Assembly (NCBI GenBank): GCA_003427395.1
Contig: BFEA01000025.1
Location: 1,376,933-1,440,932 of the forward strand
From: Chara braunii
Taxonomy: Eukaryota > Plantae > Charophyceae
Direction of reading: 5' to 3'
DNA: 64,000 nt
Part shown: in pieces, positions 37,643 through 48,872 of the stretch
How positions within the stretch are numbered: position 1 is the first letter of the stretch
Layout: each line of letters opens with the position of its first letter
The notes under the pieces: model-generated
Seen by the model: the letters and a program-made list of their open reading frames with translations, nothing else
Database searches by the model: none
Told to the model about the DNA's origin: nothing
Program-made: the position numbers and the translations under genes

Positions 37643-37843
37643 ATTTTGGCGGGAAGCTTCCTTTCCACAGGCATGCCCAATGTTAAGGAGAGGAGGAGGG
37701 GAACGAAGATCTCCTTACTTTTTCAGGTAATACATGTAAAATACTGACCGTGGGATCACCAGTACTGCACGACAGGATTTGGGTCACTCAACTGCCACAC
37801 AAACGCTTTTCTATCCTATCCGGTTGCTAGTGGGACCGTGCCC
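37643..37843 (-). mobile_element. Left half of the split Harbinger-type MITE
   Basis: Reverse complement of ~52723-52923; flank CTG equals CAG in element orientation. Confidence 0.85.
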
Positions 37844-38509
37844 CTGATCTTCTCTTGGAATTTTCCATAATATTGTTTATAGTCTAAATTTAATTCTTAC
37901 ACGTCAAAAATCTGGATATCAAATTTCCTTGTGTTTCCCTCCCCCCCTCCACTAAGAAAGTCTGATCCTCTCCCATGTGTCAGTTCTCTCGAAATTTGGT
38001 AGGATGGTTTGTTTATGGAGGGGGTGTGCTCTGCTCTGCAGGGGCTTCACAAGGTGGGTAGTGAATGCCCTGGAGAGAATGTGGGCAGATTGTGGGGGAT
38101 AGTCTAGTCTGGGCCTGGGGTCCATGTGAGGGGAAGCATCAAATCTCAGCAGCACCAAAAAAAGGGGGTAAGGGTTAGGCAGAGGCATACTTTGGGTGGG
38201 AACTGGATGCCTCTGGGGTTATAAAGGGGAAAGTGCGACTGTTCCAAGCTGGGGCCAAAGAGGCAGGTCTACATTGTTTTTTTTTTCCCGTGGAGGCAGT
38301 GACGGGACAAGATGGTGAGAGGAGAGAGGGTGGGGTGGGGGGGGAGGAGGATTTTCTCTGTTTTGTTTTGATAATCAATCCTCATTAATCTCACTGTGCT
38401 ATGTAAGGGACCGGGAGTTAAAGATCCAGTCCCTGCATAGTACTTTACTGATCGGGCTATGTTGAGCTTATTTGGCTTTATTCCAATCCCAGGCGGCTGC
38501 TGGCCTCTT

Positions 38510-40555
38510 TTTTTCCTTTTTTTTTTTTTTTTTATAGAAAAGGCCTCCATTAGTGCTAGTGGTGCTGATAAGAGCAGACACCGCTAGCACCTAGGGGGAG
38601 CTCCATCTATTGGTGGGGAGCAGGACCTGCTGGAAAACGGGTCCAGTGTCCCTTACACTGACTGAAATTTGAATTTGTCTGGAACATAGGTGTGAGGAGT
38701 TCCTGAGAAGTTCCTGCCGGCATTGATTACCCTGAGGTCCAGGGGATTGACCGAGCAGGATGTTGGGGGGAAGGGAGAACCTCTTCGCCTTAATCCAGCG
38801 CCAGATACATCACTTTTGCACTAGTCCTTCCTTCGCCTTGAGCAGCGACTAACTTTTATCTTTTTTAGTGTCCGAAAATGAAATCAAATCGGCCTGTTGC
38901 CGCCCAGAAGGCTGTTGTTTGTAATGTTGCCTCTACTTTTTAAACTCCCACCCTCCTTTTAGGGGGTATGTCTTTGAAGTGTCCCTAAGCTGCCAGGTAT
39001 CACCTGTGAGTGTGGTTGTGTCCAGGGGGCACCAGACTACCACCTGTTTCCTTTTATGTGAAGTACTCAGTAAGGGAGAGGGGGTGGGGTGGGAAGGGAT
39101 CAGGAAAGTCCGCAGGGGGGCATATAAGGAAAGAGGGATCAATATTCAACCAGTCTTTAAACAAAAAGTTTATAGTCCCTCATCCTTTCTAAGTCTTGAT
39201 AGTCATCTAAAATGTCGTCATACCCGCTCTATTTTACTTCTGCTATCCATCCTTCCTTTTCCCCTCCTAACCACTCCTGGCAGAAGGAACTGATTGTCTT
39301 CTTAATGTCTTTTCTCTGCCGAAATAGGTTCAGTTGTGATTTCAGAGTTTGCCACTTTTGTGTTATTCCCATCTGGATCTATTGTTTTATTTGTTCCAGG
39401 ATCTCCGCTGCATCAATTTGGACTTTTTCTAGAGTAAGAAGACACCGTTGCCACCATAAGACCCATAACACTGTCCGCCTCCCTAATCTGAACATATTAT
39501 CTTCGAAGTTGGAGGTGTCTTCTACTAGTCGCCAGTGGCCTGCCAGTATCGTTTGCCATGAGCAAGGCCAGGGGGCTGAGGCGCCCATCTTCCTCCAGAT
39601 ACGTTCCCAATTTCTCCAAATGAACTGGGCAATCGGGCATTGCATGAACACGTGCTCGATTGTCTCAGCTCTCTTGTGTGATGGGAAGAGGTTAGAGCAG
39701 TGTTGGCACCATGGTAACAGTTCCCCCCCCTCTGTTCCAAGTATGTACGATCGACGAGCCAGTTATTCGTAGGTAGGCAGCAGTGAACTATCTGCCATTG
39801 CAAGGAATTTATTTTAGCCGGTCGGGACTTCCTTTCCTGGAACCAGCGGATGGGTTTGAGAAGGTTCAGGTCCACGTTTAAATGCCTGGCCCAACGGTCA
39901 TTTATTTGATCCCTCAGGCAACGTTTGGGCCGTAGCATCCTATAAGTGGTTTTAACTGTCAGTTTATGTAGATAAATCCATTTCGGGGTATGCCCTGTTT
40001 GGATCTGCGGAAGTTTCCAACGCCACTCCTCTGGGTCAAAAGGCAAGTCCCGAATGTCTTTGTCTGGATGGAAGATTGTTCACCCCTTTCCTTCATCCAG
40101 CACTCTGGTTCTGATGAGTTCTGTTTTGTCCACCTATTGGAAAGGGGCTGCACTTCCTTTGAGGGTGCCCCTCTGTTCTACAGTATAGTATTCTATTAAG
40201 GTTTTTTATGAGTCTGTCATATATACTCTACCAACTCTCCCTGCCAGTCCAATGTGAGTCACCCAGTCCCCTTCATTTATTGATGGGCCCTGTCTCAGTA
40301 TTTGATACCATGCCAAGGGGATGCTTTCAATTAGCTGATCTAGGTGACATTCTATGTGGTGACAGTATCTGAGCGTTGCTCTTAGTTGTTCAGTGCCTTT
40401 CTAGTTTTTACTCTCGCAGTCCCATAGGTCCCCCACTCGCAGGATCCCCCGTTTTACCCAACCTTCCCATGGGGGAACTGAACTCAGCATTACACGTGCT
40501 TACGTATCTGTGATCCATTTGTTCCCAAAAAGGGGCTGACGGAAGGATGGCCAGA
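38510..40555 (-). mobile_element. 3' part of an L1/Tx1-like LINE (post-RT region, zf-RVT, 3' UTR, poly-A)
   Basis: RQPLFGNKWI, GILRVGDLWD, LIESIPLAW, WQIVHCCLPTN, CPIAQFIW; T run at ~38510-38533. Confidence 0.85.
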
Positions 40556-40574
40556 ATGTTGGTGATGCCTAGCA

Positions 40575-41290
40575 AAGCGGTGGTATTTTGCGCTCCTGGT
40601 TTGCCGATGCCAAAACAACGCTGGCCGGTGCTCGGGCAAATGCCCTGTGACCTGTTTGTCGCAGGAGAGTGCAGCCTGGTAGGGAGATCTGCGGATTCGT
40701 CGAGGAAGGAAGGCAATCCAGTGGCGAACTGGGGGGGGGGCTGCCATGACAACCTAAGAGGTCGGGTGCAGTCTTGGTAGTGAAAACACGATGGCTATGG
40801 AAGATATTGGTCAGATGAGATTGTCAGTGGACTGTTGAGTCGGATAGAGGGAAGGCTGGGAGTTGATCATGGGTTGTGGAGCCAAGTTTTGCAGATGTAG
40901 TTTTTAAATTTCTATAGGTCATTAGGCATTAGCATGATCAATGTCATCATCTTCAGTTCATCAACAAAAAAAAAGGCTATGTCGAGCTTTTCTGGTTTTT
41001 CTTTCAATCCTAGGTGACATCTGGTTTTCCTCTTATAGCGGTTGCAAGATTTTAGAGATGGTAAAAGCATGTGGTCACTAATGTCTTTCAGAGCTGTGGT
41101 GTTTTGTGCCCTTGGTTTGCCGATGCCAGAATGATGTTGGCCGGTGCTGGGGCGTAGCCCTGTGACCTGTTTGTTGCAGGAGCTTGAGGCCTGGTAGAGA
41201 GATCTGGGGATTTGTCGAGGGATGAAGACAATCCAGTGGTGAACAGGAGGGTGCTGCTATGACAACCCAAGCAGCCGGGTATAGTCTAGG
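40575..41290. repeat. Diverged ~190-bp direct duplication (~40575-40770 and ~41094-41290)
   Basis: Shared TGGTTTGCCGATGCCA...CCCTGTGACCTGTTTGT...CAATCCAGTGG. Confidence 0.8.
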
Positions 41291-41686
41291 TTGTGAGAAC
41301 ATGTCAGTTTTGATGGGTGTTGGTTGGAATGGCATTGCCTTTGGAATGTTGTGTTTGGTATAGGAGGGGAGGCTATGACTTGCTCGTAGATTTTGTGGCC
41401 AGATTGTGCTGATATAGTTTATACCATGGCTACGCCGGACCCGTACCCGGGCCCAGACAGCTCATGTCCGGGTACCGGACGCATGTCCGGGTACCTGACG
41501 CATGTCCAGTCAGGTCTGGACGTCCGGACTTCCGGACATATCCGGACCTCCGAACATGCATGGTTTCGGATGGTCCGGACAGGTAAGCAGGCCCGGAAAT
41601 GTCCAGACCATTAAAAACAATGAAAACAAAGAAAATCTGAAAAAAAACTGTTATGCAGAATAACAATGCAAACCACTTTTGCCTCA

Positions 41687-42068
41687 GGATACGATGGACG
41701 TTACTTTTCGTCGTTTCGGGAGAAATGACTTTTGAGTTGTCTAGGCTGTAGGCCCGAGGGTACTTGAGGCCGAAAATGTATGGGTATGTTCGGGGTTTTT
41801 TGCTTTAGGGTTTTTTTCGTAGGGTACTCATGCGTTCAGCTCGTGATCAATGAGGGTGCAGTTGAGGACCGATGCATCGAAGTAACGAAGACGAGTATAA
41901 AAGGTATCAGAGCTATAGACCTCATCCTCAATTTAAGTGGCAAATGAGTAGAAGGATTGGGAAATCCTCGGCAGTGTGTGTCGAGGTAACGTGGGGAGGA
42001 AGTTGGTATCGCCATGATATTAAAACTCATATCTACTTCTTCTTTATGGTGTTCATTGTCTTCATCGT
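41687..42068 (+). repeat. 5' pseudo-LTR of the Penelope-like element
   Basis: Highly similar direct repeat of 47281-47673. Confidence 0.92.
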
Positions 42069-42431
42069 ATAGAGCCACAGACTCGACCCTGCCATGGCTC
42101 GGAAACGAGTCTGTGGTGCCGACTCACTTGTGAGCTCGTGCGTTATTCATGTAAGATGCGTTAGCATCTCCTTTATGGTTTTATCTATGATTTCGCGGTA
42201 ATTTTACCACCATATTTCGGCCAGTTATATCTTATGTTTGATTTCCTTTGTCTGCGCTATTCAGTATCGTGCTAATCCTGCGCCATCTCTGATGCGTTGT
42301 TCTATTACAAAAACCGTGGCGTCTGCTGCTTACGCGGTATCTTGGCTACTGCTCAGGTTCCGGTTATGCCACGTACGCGGTTATGGTGAGGGGAGCCGCC
42401 TCACGATTGTACCAGGGGTGACGAGTTTGGC

Positions 42432-43964
42432 GTGCACGTTCTAAAGCAGTGGAGTGTTGCTGATCAACGTTCCGAGCGCATGTGGCTACTAGAACGCAAG
42501 TGCCTCCTGGTCTGGAGTGAGAAGCGGGATTCGAAGGTTGAGTTGTGCATCGGGATCGGGTGTACGCTTGTTGTACTTGCGATTGTCGAGCTTATGTCTG
42601 GAAGAGGTCGGGGGAGAACCGGCGGGAGGAAGGGTAAGTGGTCAAATTGCGGGCGTTTTTGGATGGATCACAGCAGCAACCAGACTCGTGCGCCGACCTC
42701 GTATGCTGATGGCATGTCCTATCAACCCCAAGGCCCACCCATGCAACCTCCTGCAATGGCGTACCAGGCTCATGGTGTTACCAATCCGTCTCCGCCTACA
42801 ATGATGCAGCAGCAGCTTCCAGTGGGCATGCAAGGGGGTTTTATGCTTCTAATTTTGTCGTCTGCTCAAGCGACTACTATGCTGCCGCTTCCGCAGTACC
42901 AGCCGATAGGGTGGGGCGCTCAACCTTGGGCACCTGTTGGGCAGGCACCTCCGGTGAGTATTCCTCAACCGCCTGCCCTTCAACAGGGTAATCAAAGCCA
43001 AGGGGGTGATCGACTGTCACAGAGCGGGAACGGGAAAGGCCCGGCTGCGAACGCCTTTCCTGGACCCGGGAACCGAGCCTATTTTACCAAAGAATATATG
43101 GATATACTAGAAGGGATTAAGTGCGAGAAAGCAGTCGAGGATGCTAAGAAGAAGGTAGCGGCGGGTAGACGTTCTGGCGCCAGTATCAGGATTGTTGATT
43201 TGACTGATGAACCTAGGAACCTTGTCTCACATCCTAGGAACCAAGCTGAGCAGCCTGCAGATAAGGCTGAGGAAATGAAAGCTTGGGTTACGGCCACCTT
43301 AGGTAATTCCCTCAAACTCATCTCTGATAAGCTTGAGCTGGTAGACAAACGGTCGAAGCTTGCAGACGATGAGAAGCTAAAACTTGAGAGACTTAGGGAG
43401 GAGAAGGCTAGATCTGAGAAGGAAAGTAAGGAGGCATCCAACAGCGAGAAGCGGAACAGGCGTGTCGAGCGGACTCCCGTGGAAGCATCCCCTCTGGTGA
43501 GTCGGGCCAAGCCACGTACTCGCGCCAGTGCGAAGAACAAGTCCCGATCCAAGCGGATCGACTTGTCCAACAATAATAGCGGAAAGGCTGATGTTAAACA
43601 GAATCTGCAGGCGAAAGTGAATAGTAACAGTGATCTAGCCGATATCAAGAAACTCCTCGTCTCTCTAGTGCAAGAGGTTGGTGACCGCAAAGGGAAGGGC
43701 CCTGCCATGAAGCCTGTGACCAACCAACACATACCTACTGAGGACTCAGAGGATATCGATCTAGCTCAGAACGGCCAACACATCGAGATGGATGATGAAG
43801 AGGAAGAAGCTGACAAAGGTGGGCTGGCGGCCTGCATGAAACTGCGACTCGAATTCTATACTTCGCTACAGTATACTCGCATTCAAGAGCTTTGCAAACA
43901 AAAATATATCCAATACTTTCGAAAGGAGCTGGGTGCGTGGGAATTGGCACGCATCGGCCTTTAG
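42432..43964 (+). CDS. ORF1 of the Penelope-like element (likely start at MSGRGRG; P/Q-rich, coiled-coil, basic)
   Basis: 510-codon open frame between the 5' repeat and the GIY-YIG. Confidence 0.75.
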   Translation: MHVLKQWSVADQRSERMWLLERKCLLVWSEKRDSKVELCIGIGCTLVVLAIVELMSGRGRGRTGGRKGKWSNCGRFWMDHSSNQTRAPTSYADGMSYQPQGPPMQPPAMAYQAHGVTNPSPPTMMQQQLPVGMQGGFMLLILSSAQATTMLPLPQYQPIGWGAQPWAPVGQAPPVSIPQPPALQQGNQSQGGDRLSQSGNGKGPAANAFPGPGNRAYFTKEYMDILEGIKCEKAVEDAKKKVAAGRRSGASIRIVDLTDEPRNLVSHPRNQAEQPADKAEEMKAWVTATLGNSLKLISDKLELVDKRSKLADDEKLKLERLREEKARSEKESKEASNSEKRNRRVERTPVEASPLVSRAKPRTRASAKNKSRSKRIDLSNNNSGKADVKQNLQAKVNSNSDLADIKKLLVSLVQEVGDRKGKGPAMKPVTNQHIPTEDSEDIDLAQNGQHIEMDDEEEEADKGGLAACMKLRLEFYTSLQYTRIQELCKQKYIQYFRKELGAWELARIGL

Positions 43965-44149
43965 GAGTATGCTGACTCCATCAGCGAAAACCGACCTACT
44001 GCGAAGGGTCAACCATCTCGGAAGACCACCGATCTTCCGGTGAACGCCGACAGTGCCGACGGCGCGTTAGTTACCGAAGTCAATGCCGTTACGGGAAACT
44101 AAGGCTGGGTAGCCTTCGCTCCCTCCAACGAGCAACTCAGCGTATCCTG

Positions 44150-44570
44150 CGGTTGAAGGATAGTCTGGATATTCATGTGGCCCTGATCCTTGATAGGATC
44201 CATCTCCTGATTATCTTACTCGCTTGCCTAAGGGGTGACATCGCCTGGGGGAAAGCATATGTTAAGTTTTGGCTCAGGTTTTCCACCTGCGAATGGGATA
44301 AAATGTTGCTTGCATCTAACGGCGTTTATATCTTAATGTCTCTCAACCATCGCTTGGTATATGTTGGAAAAACCACACGTGTGCTCAAGGAGCGTTGGGC
44401 TGAGCACATATGAGCAACTAAAGGGGTCAGCAAGCAGAAGGTCCATAGTTGGCTTCGCAAAGTCGGTGTTCGTCACTACGTCCCGATCCCGATTTGGTTT
44501 GGGGAAGGGACTGTTATCGAGGAAATGGAGAGAGCAATTATAAAAAGTCAGAATCAATGTCTAAATCCAA
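44150..44570 (+). pseudogene. GIY-YIG endonuclease
   Basis: GVYILMS...VYVGKT...ERWAEH...EMERAII...CLN, with one in-frame TGA. Confidence 0.9.
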
Positions 44571-46956
44571 GGGGTAAAAAAGGCAAGCAAAAAGCTCGCA
44601 AACACAGGAAGCAGGTTAAAAAAGAATCCGGGTTTTCTGTTACGAACATTATCGAACCTTTGTTTTTCGATTGTGAGTGTATTAATGTTAAAAGAGAGCC
44701 TGCTTTACTTAATATTCTGAAGATGTTACAAAAACGGAAGATAAAAAGCCCGATTAAGATCGCTAATAACTGCGGTGGACGTTGGCTGAAAGCTTGGCGG
44801 CTGGTGCGTGTCTTGTATGGGTTTTCGAAGATCGATGAAAACGGGGTTAAGATGCTGCTTAGTGATGCTAAAACCGCAATTGAATGCGGGGGAGTGTGGT
44901 CGATCACTGAATTGCGGCGAACAATTACAAGAATGGAGCAACGGAAGGCTGAGCTCATCGCTCTGCTCAGGACCCCGTGGAAACGTAAAGACCTATTCCA
45001 CTTGACTCTTGACGAACTGATTGAATTAAACAACGGTGTAAAATCCTTTAATCAACAACACGCTAGGCAAATTATATGGGGAATTCTCACTAACGTCTTC
45101 AAGAAAAAGTTTGGAGTGAATCCTAGATTAAATATTACGATAAAAATGCCGTTTTGCACAACTGTAAATAAAGTTAAAGTGAAAAATGAAGTCAAGAGCT
45201 GGATTCGGTGCCATATCTCCCCGCTGTCGCTAGCTGACCTGTATGCCAAGAGGACGCGAGCGGTCTGGCTCAAAGCTAGAGTGGTTGGTTCTCTTCTGCA
45301 TAATCATAAGTCGTACGCACAACTCTGCTCCTTCGAGTGTGGATGTGCCGACTTCGACCTGCCCAAAGTTGATGGGCACGTCTCAATCAAGATCAACGAC
45401 ATTCGGGAGATACACCCATTCCTGTTTAACTCTAAGAATATACCGTTCNCCGGGACGGTGGCTTGCAAAGAGGTCCTGAACTATGCTTGTAACTCAGGAC
45501 TTGAGTGTTTGCGGAATATGAATCTGATATCTGAATGTATGAACATCAACTGGCTGCGGGTCTGCAGGAGTGGGGAAAGCATGGGGAAGGATTGTGTGCG
45601 GTCTAAGTATGTTTTGGGTGTCAAACAAGCACTGGGTGGGTTAGTCCTGTCTCCACTCGACCGAAACACAAGTGAAACCTGGGTTGAGTGCCCCAAGGCG
45701 TACGAAGCCGGTCTGAGGAAGATGTACCTGGAAAATGAGAACTATAAACCTGCTGGGGTAAGGAAGGATCTTATCTTAAAGACTATGAAAGGTAGGTACG
45801 ACGAACTACGGCTGGGGACAGTCGCCAAGTGGGACCCCCGTGGTGACCTCCAGCATGCCTACATTATCACTAAGGAGAAAGACAAGTCAAAAAAGCGGCC
45901 AATTGTGCCGTCGTACGCAAGCCCATTCAGGTTGGCTTCTGGGATTTTGTCCACCTTCTTGAATTATCTGATAAAGAAGGCTAACGTACCACACTTCAAT
46001 TTACAGTCTATGAACCAGATGAGGAGTGAGATCGACAAAGTAAATCGACTTTGTGGCATAACGGACCGTGGTATCACCACTCGGACTTACGATATCAAGG
46101 AGATGTTCTCTCAGCTGCCCCACTGGGAGGTTCGTAAGGCCGTGGAATGGGCGACTGGGCTGCTTTTGAGCAAAGGCATCAAATGGATTCGAGTTAAGAC
46201 TCGTGGGAAGGTGGCTGCGTTCCGTAAATCGCAGGGTGAGTCAGGCTGCTGATCACACTAACCGTTTTCCAGTTGGAGAACACTTTTTTCCTAGCTTCCG
46301 ACCAAATCCTGCGGCAGAAGTGTGGCATACCCATGGGCGGACGAGCCAGCCCGGCCCTCGCCTGTGTGTTATGTATGTTTGCTGAATTTTAGTTTGTGAG
46401 TACTCTGGGCGCTGACGGGAAATACATCATGGGGAAAAGATATATTGATGATCTGTTCATCATGGCCTCCTTTTCAAGAAGTGATCCTGAAGGGCTATTG
46501 AAGGCCGAACAAAGCTTGGATAAAATTGAAACCTGTTACCCCCTTGGCTTGAAGCTTGTTCGGACCGACCCGGGTGTCGGGATCCTTGATTTTCAGGAAA
46601 CCAGGTTGATAATCTCAGATACCCGGGCATCTATCTTAACTACCCATAAATTCAAAAATGCATCTGATATCTGGGGGGAGCAACCCCTGCCGTTTCACAC
46701 TTACAAGGATTTTTCCTCGTTCGGCCCTAAGGTTGCGAAATTTGCTACAATTGCAAATACCCTCCAGCGAATCTCAACGAACACGAATGACTGTGGTCTC
46801 CTCTGCCTGAATGTGCTCACTCTGAACGAAGAACTAAGGAGGCTTAGTATCCCAACCTGCACAATTGAGGCAGGGTTGAAATGGATGAAACGGAGGCATG
46901 ATGACAGGGCATGGGACGAAATCCGGCAGATGGTCCACAGCTTAACGGCGGTATGA
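44525..46956 (+). pseudogene. Penelope-type reverse transcriptase (frameshift near 46250)
   Basis: ECGC...GHV, SPLDRN, KEKD...RPIV, YDIKEMF, QKCGIPMGG, RYIDD. Confidence 0.92.
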
Positions 46957-47004
46957 TACTCGGAGGACTGGTAGTCCTGCTACTAGGCTGCATTACGTCT
47001 GCGT

Positions 47005-47295
47005 TTTTTAGTTCCTAACGGTTACTGGCCACCCCGGTGCTGACATAAGGCACGGATGGCATAGCTGGTTCGGCTGCTGGATTGCTGAGAAATTCTCGGA
47101 AAATCTGTTTTGGTAAACTCACCCGCGGCTATGGATGAGTTGGACGTTTTTCAGATCTTAACGGTTACTGGCTACCCCAGTGCTGACATCCGGCACCGAT
47201 GGCATAGCTGTCTCCGCCACTGGACTGCGGAGAATTACTCGGATATATATATTTTTTGGGGTGAACTCACCCACGGCTACGGATACGGTGGACGT
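47005..47295 (+). repeat. ~140-bp tandem duplication in the 3' UTR of the Penelope-like element
   Basis: TAACGGTTACTGGC...GATGGCATAGCTG...AACTCACCC occurs twice. Confidence 0.85.
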
Positions 47296-47673
47296 TGCTT
47301 TTCGTCGTTTTCGGGAGAAATGACTTTTGAGTTGTCTAGGTTGTAGGCCCGAGGATACTTGAGGCCGAAAATGTCTGGGTATGTTCGGGGGTTCTTGCTT
47401 TAGGGTTTTTTTTCGTAGGGTACTCGTGCGTTCAGCTCGTGATCAATGAGGGCGCAGCTGAGGACCGATGCATCGAAGTACCGAAGACGAGTATAAAAGG
47501 TATAGGAGCTATAGACCTCATCCTCAATTTGAGTGGCGAATCAGTAGAAGGATTGGGAAATCCTCGGCAGTGTGCGTCGAGGTAACGTGGGGAGGAAGTT
47601 GGTATCGCCATGATATTAAAACTCGTATCTACTTCTTCCTTATGGTGTTCATTGTCTTCATTGTCTTCTTCGT
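47281..47673 (+). repeat. 3' pseudo-LTR of the Penelope-like element
   Basis: Direct repeat of 41687-42068. Confidence 0.92.
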
Positions 47674-48099
47674 GTCAGAATTCCTAACCAAACTTAGAGT
47701 TAAAATTCAAAAACTATAAGAACTTAAAAAAAGTAACGAATTATTAATAATTCGTTACTTGGGTAATAATAATAAATTATTATAGAGATAGACCATGTCC
47801 GGACTCCCCAAAAAAACAAAAAACGGGCCTGAAAACCCCCCAAAACAATTTTGGGGGCCTGGCTCCTCAGTGGGGAAGGGTAATTGACAGTTTTATTTTG
47901 TTTTTTTTTTGGGCAGATCTCGACCTTCCGGACCGGACGTCTGGAGACCGGACTGAATCCAGACCGTCTGGACGGCAGTCCGGACGTCCAGATCGTAGCC
48001 ATGGTTTATATCTTACATCAACAGGTCATTATCATCAGCATCATCAGTTTTCTTATCATCAGCTTAGTATCGTAGTATCAGTGGCATTATCGGTGAGGT

Positions 48100-48305
48100 T
48101 CATGAGGGACAGTGGGCCCAGTTCCCAGCACATGCTAATTTGTAAACTCAATGATGTATCTCAAGGGATGCTAGACCCGCTTTCCTGCAGCTGATAGCTC
48201 CCCACCAATAGACTGGAGCTGCCTGCAAGACAGAGAGGAGTGTATGGTCTTACCATCTCTCCTATCTGTTGAAGCGGGTGGATTTTTGTTATAAAAAAAA
48301 AAGAA
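48100..48305 (+). mobile_element. 5'-truncated retroposon tail ending in poly-A
   Basis: Shares GCTCCCCACCAATAGA motif, a hairpin and TATAAAAA end with the LINE tail at 38510-38660. Confidence 0.6.
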
Positions 48306-48417
48306 AACCAAAAAGAAACATGGTGTTGGGGATTGTAGGCTCTACACCAACATTTGGGAACAAGAAATGTTTGGGATATGAAGATCATATTTGAGCAAAA
48401 ACAATGCTCTACACCAA

Positions 48418-48482
48418 TTGGCCTAGCTCAGTTGGTACACCCACAAACTGTTGAAATATAGACCCAAGTTCGAATCGAGATA
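48418..48482 (+). pseudogene. tRNA-derived sequence (SINE head or tRNA pseudogene)
   Basis: A box TAGCTCAGTTGG and B box AGTTCGAATC at tRNA-like spacing; no intact cloverleaf. Confidence 0.55.
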
Positions 48483-48793
48483 CAATCAGATGACCAGAAG
48501 AAAATTATTCTGAATTACCTGGGGGCCGTCACTGCCGTCAGTTCAATGGCCGTTGCCCTTTTCAAAACAAAAAAATTATAAAAAATGCTCCACTGTCTTC
48601 AACCGAATAGAATACCCCGGGCCGGTTACTAAAGCTGTATTTGGGGCAACTTTCACTCTAGACAGAGCTATTAATAATGACCGGGCCGGTGGGCCCTCTA
48701 TTCGTGTGAAGATGGTAGTCAAGAGCAGCGCACAATTGCATGCGTTTGTGTTTGAAACAATTCGGTCCAGAGAGCTGTAGAAGGGAAAGGGTA

Positions 48794-48860
48794 GGGGGGG
48801 GGGGGGGGGGGGGGGGGCGGGGGGGGGGGGGGCTGGGGGGGGCGCGCTGGGGGGGGGGGG
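48794..48860 (+). repeat. Poly-G tract
   Basis: Several long G runs. Confidence 0.85.
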
Positions 48861-48872
48861 CGCGGGTAAGGA

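Larger units (their letters stand above)
41687..47673 (+). mobile_element. Penelope-like retroelement with N-terminal GIY-YIG (Naiad/Chlamys-type architecture) and extra ORF1
   Basis: ~380-bp direct terminal repeats without TG..CA, ORF1, GIY-YIG, CxC motif, PLE-type RT. Confidence 0.9.
41425..48003. mobile_element. hAT-type non-autonomous element (~0.6 kb) interrupted by the Penelope-like element
   Basis: TIR CATGGCTACG / CGTAGCCATG, 8-bp TSD GTTTATAC / GTTTATAT, subterminal CCGGAC repeats at both ends. Confidence 0.85.

Noticed and set aside
44411-44413. In-frame TGA as selenocysteine, as in some Naiad elements
   Set aside because: Not at an evident Cys position, easily explained by CGA to TGA decay, and the element has other lesions
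47440-47500. Hammerhead ribozyme (CTGAGGA...GAAG) in the pseudo-LTR
   Set aside because: GAAA core is broken, stems I and II do not pair, and the other repeat copy has TTGAGGA; the minus-strand CTGA..GA..GAAA candidate has a 6-nt insert in the core
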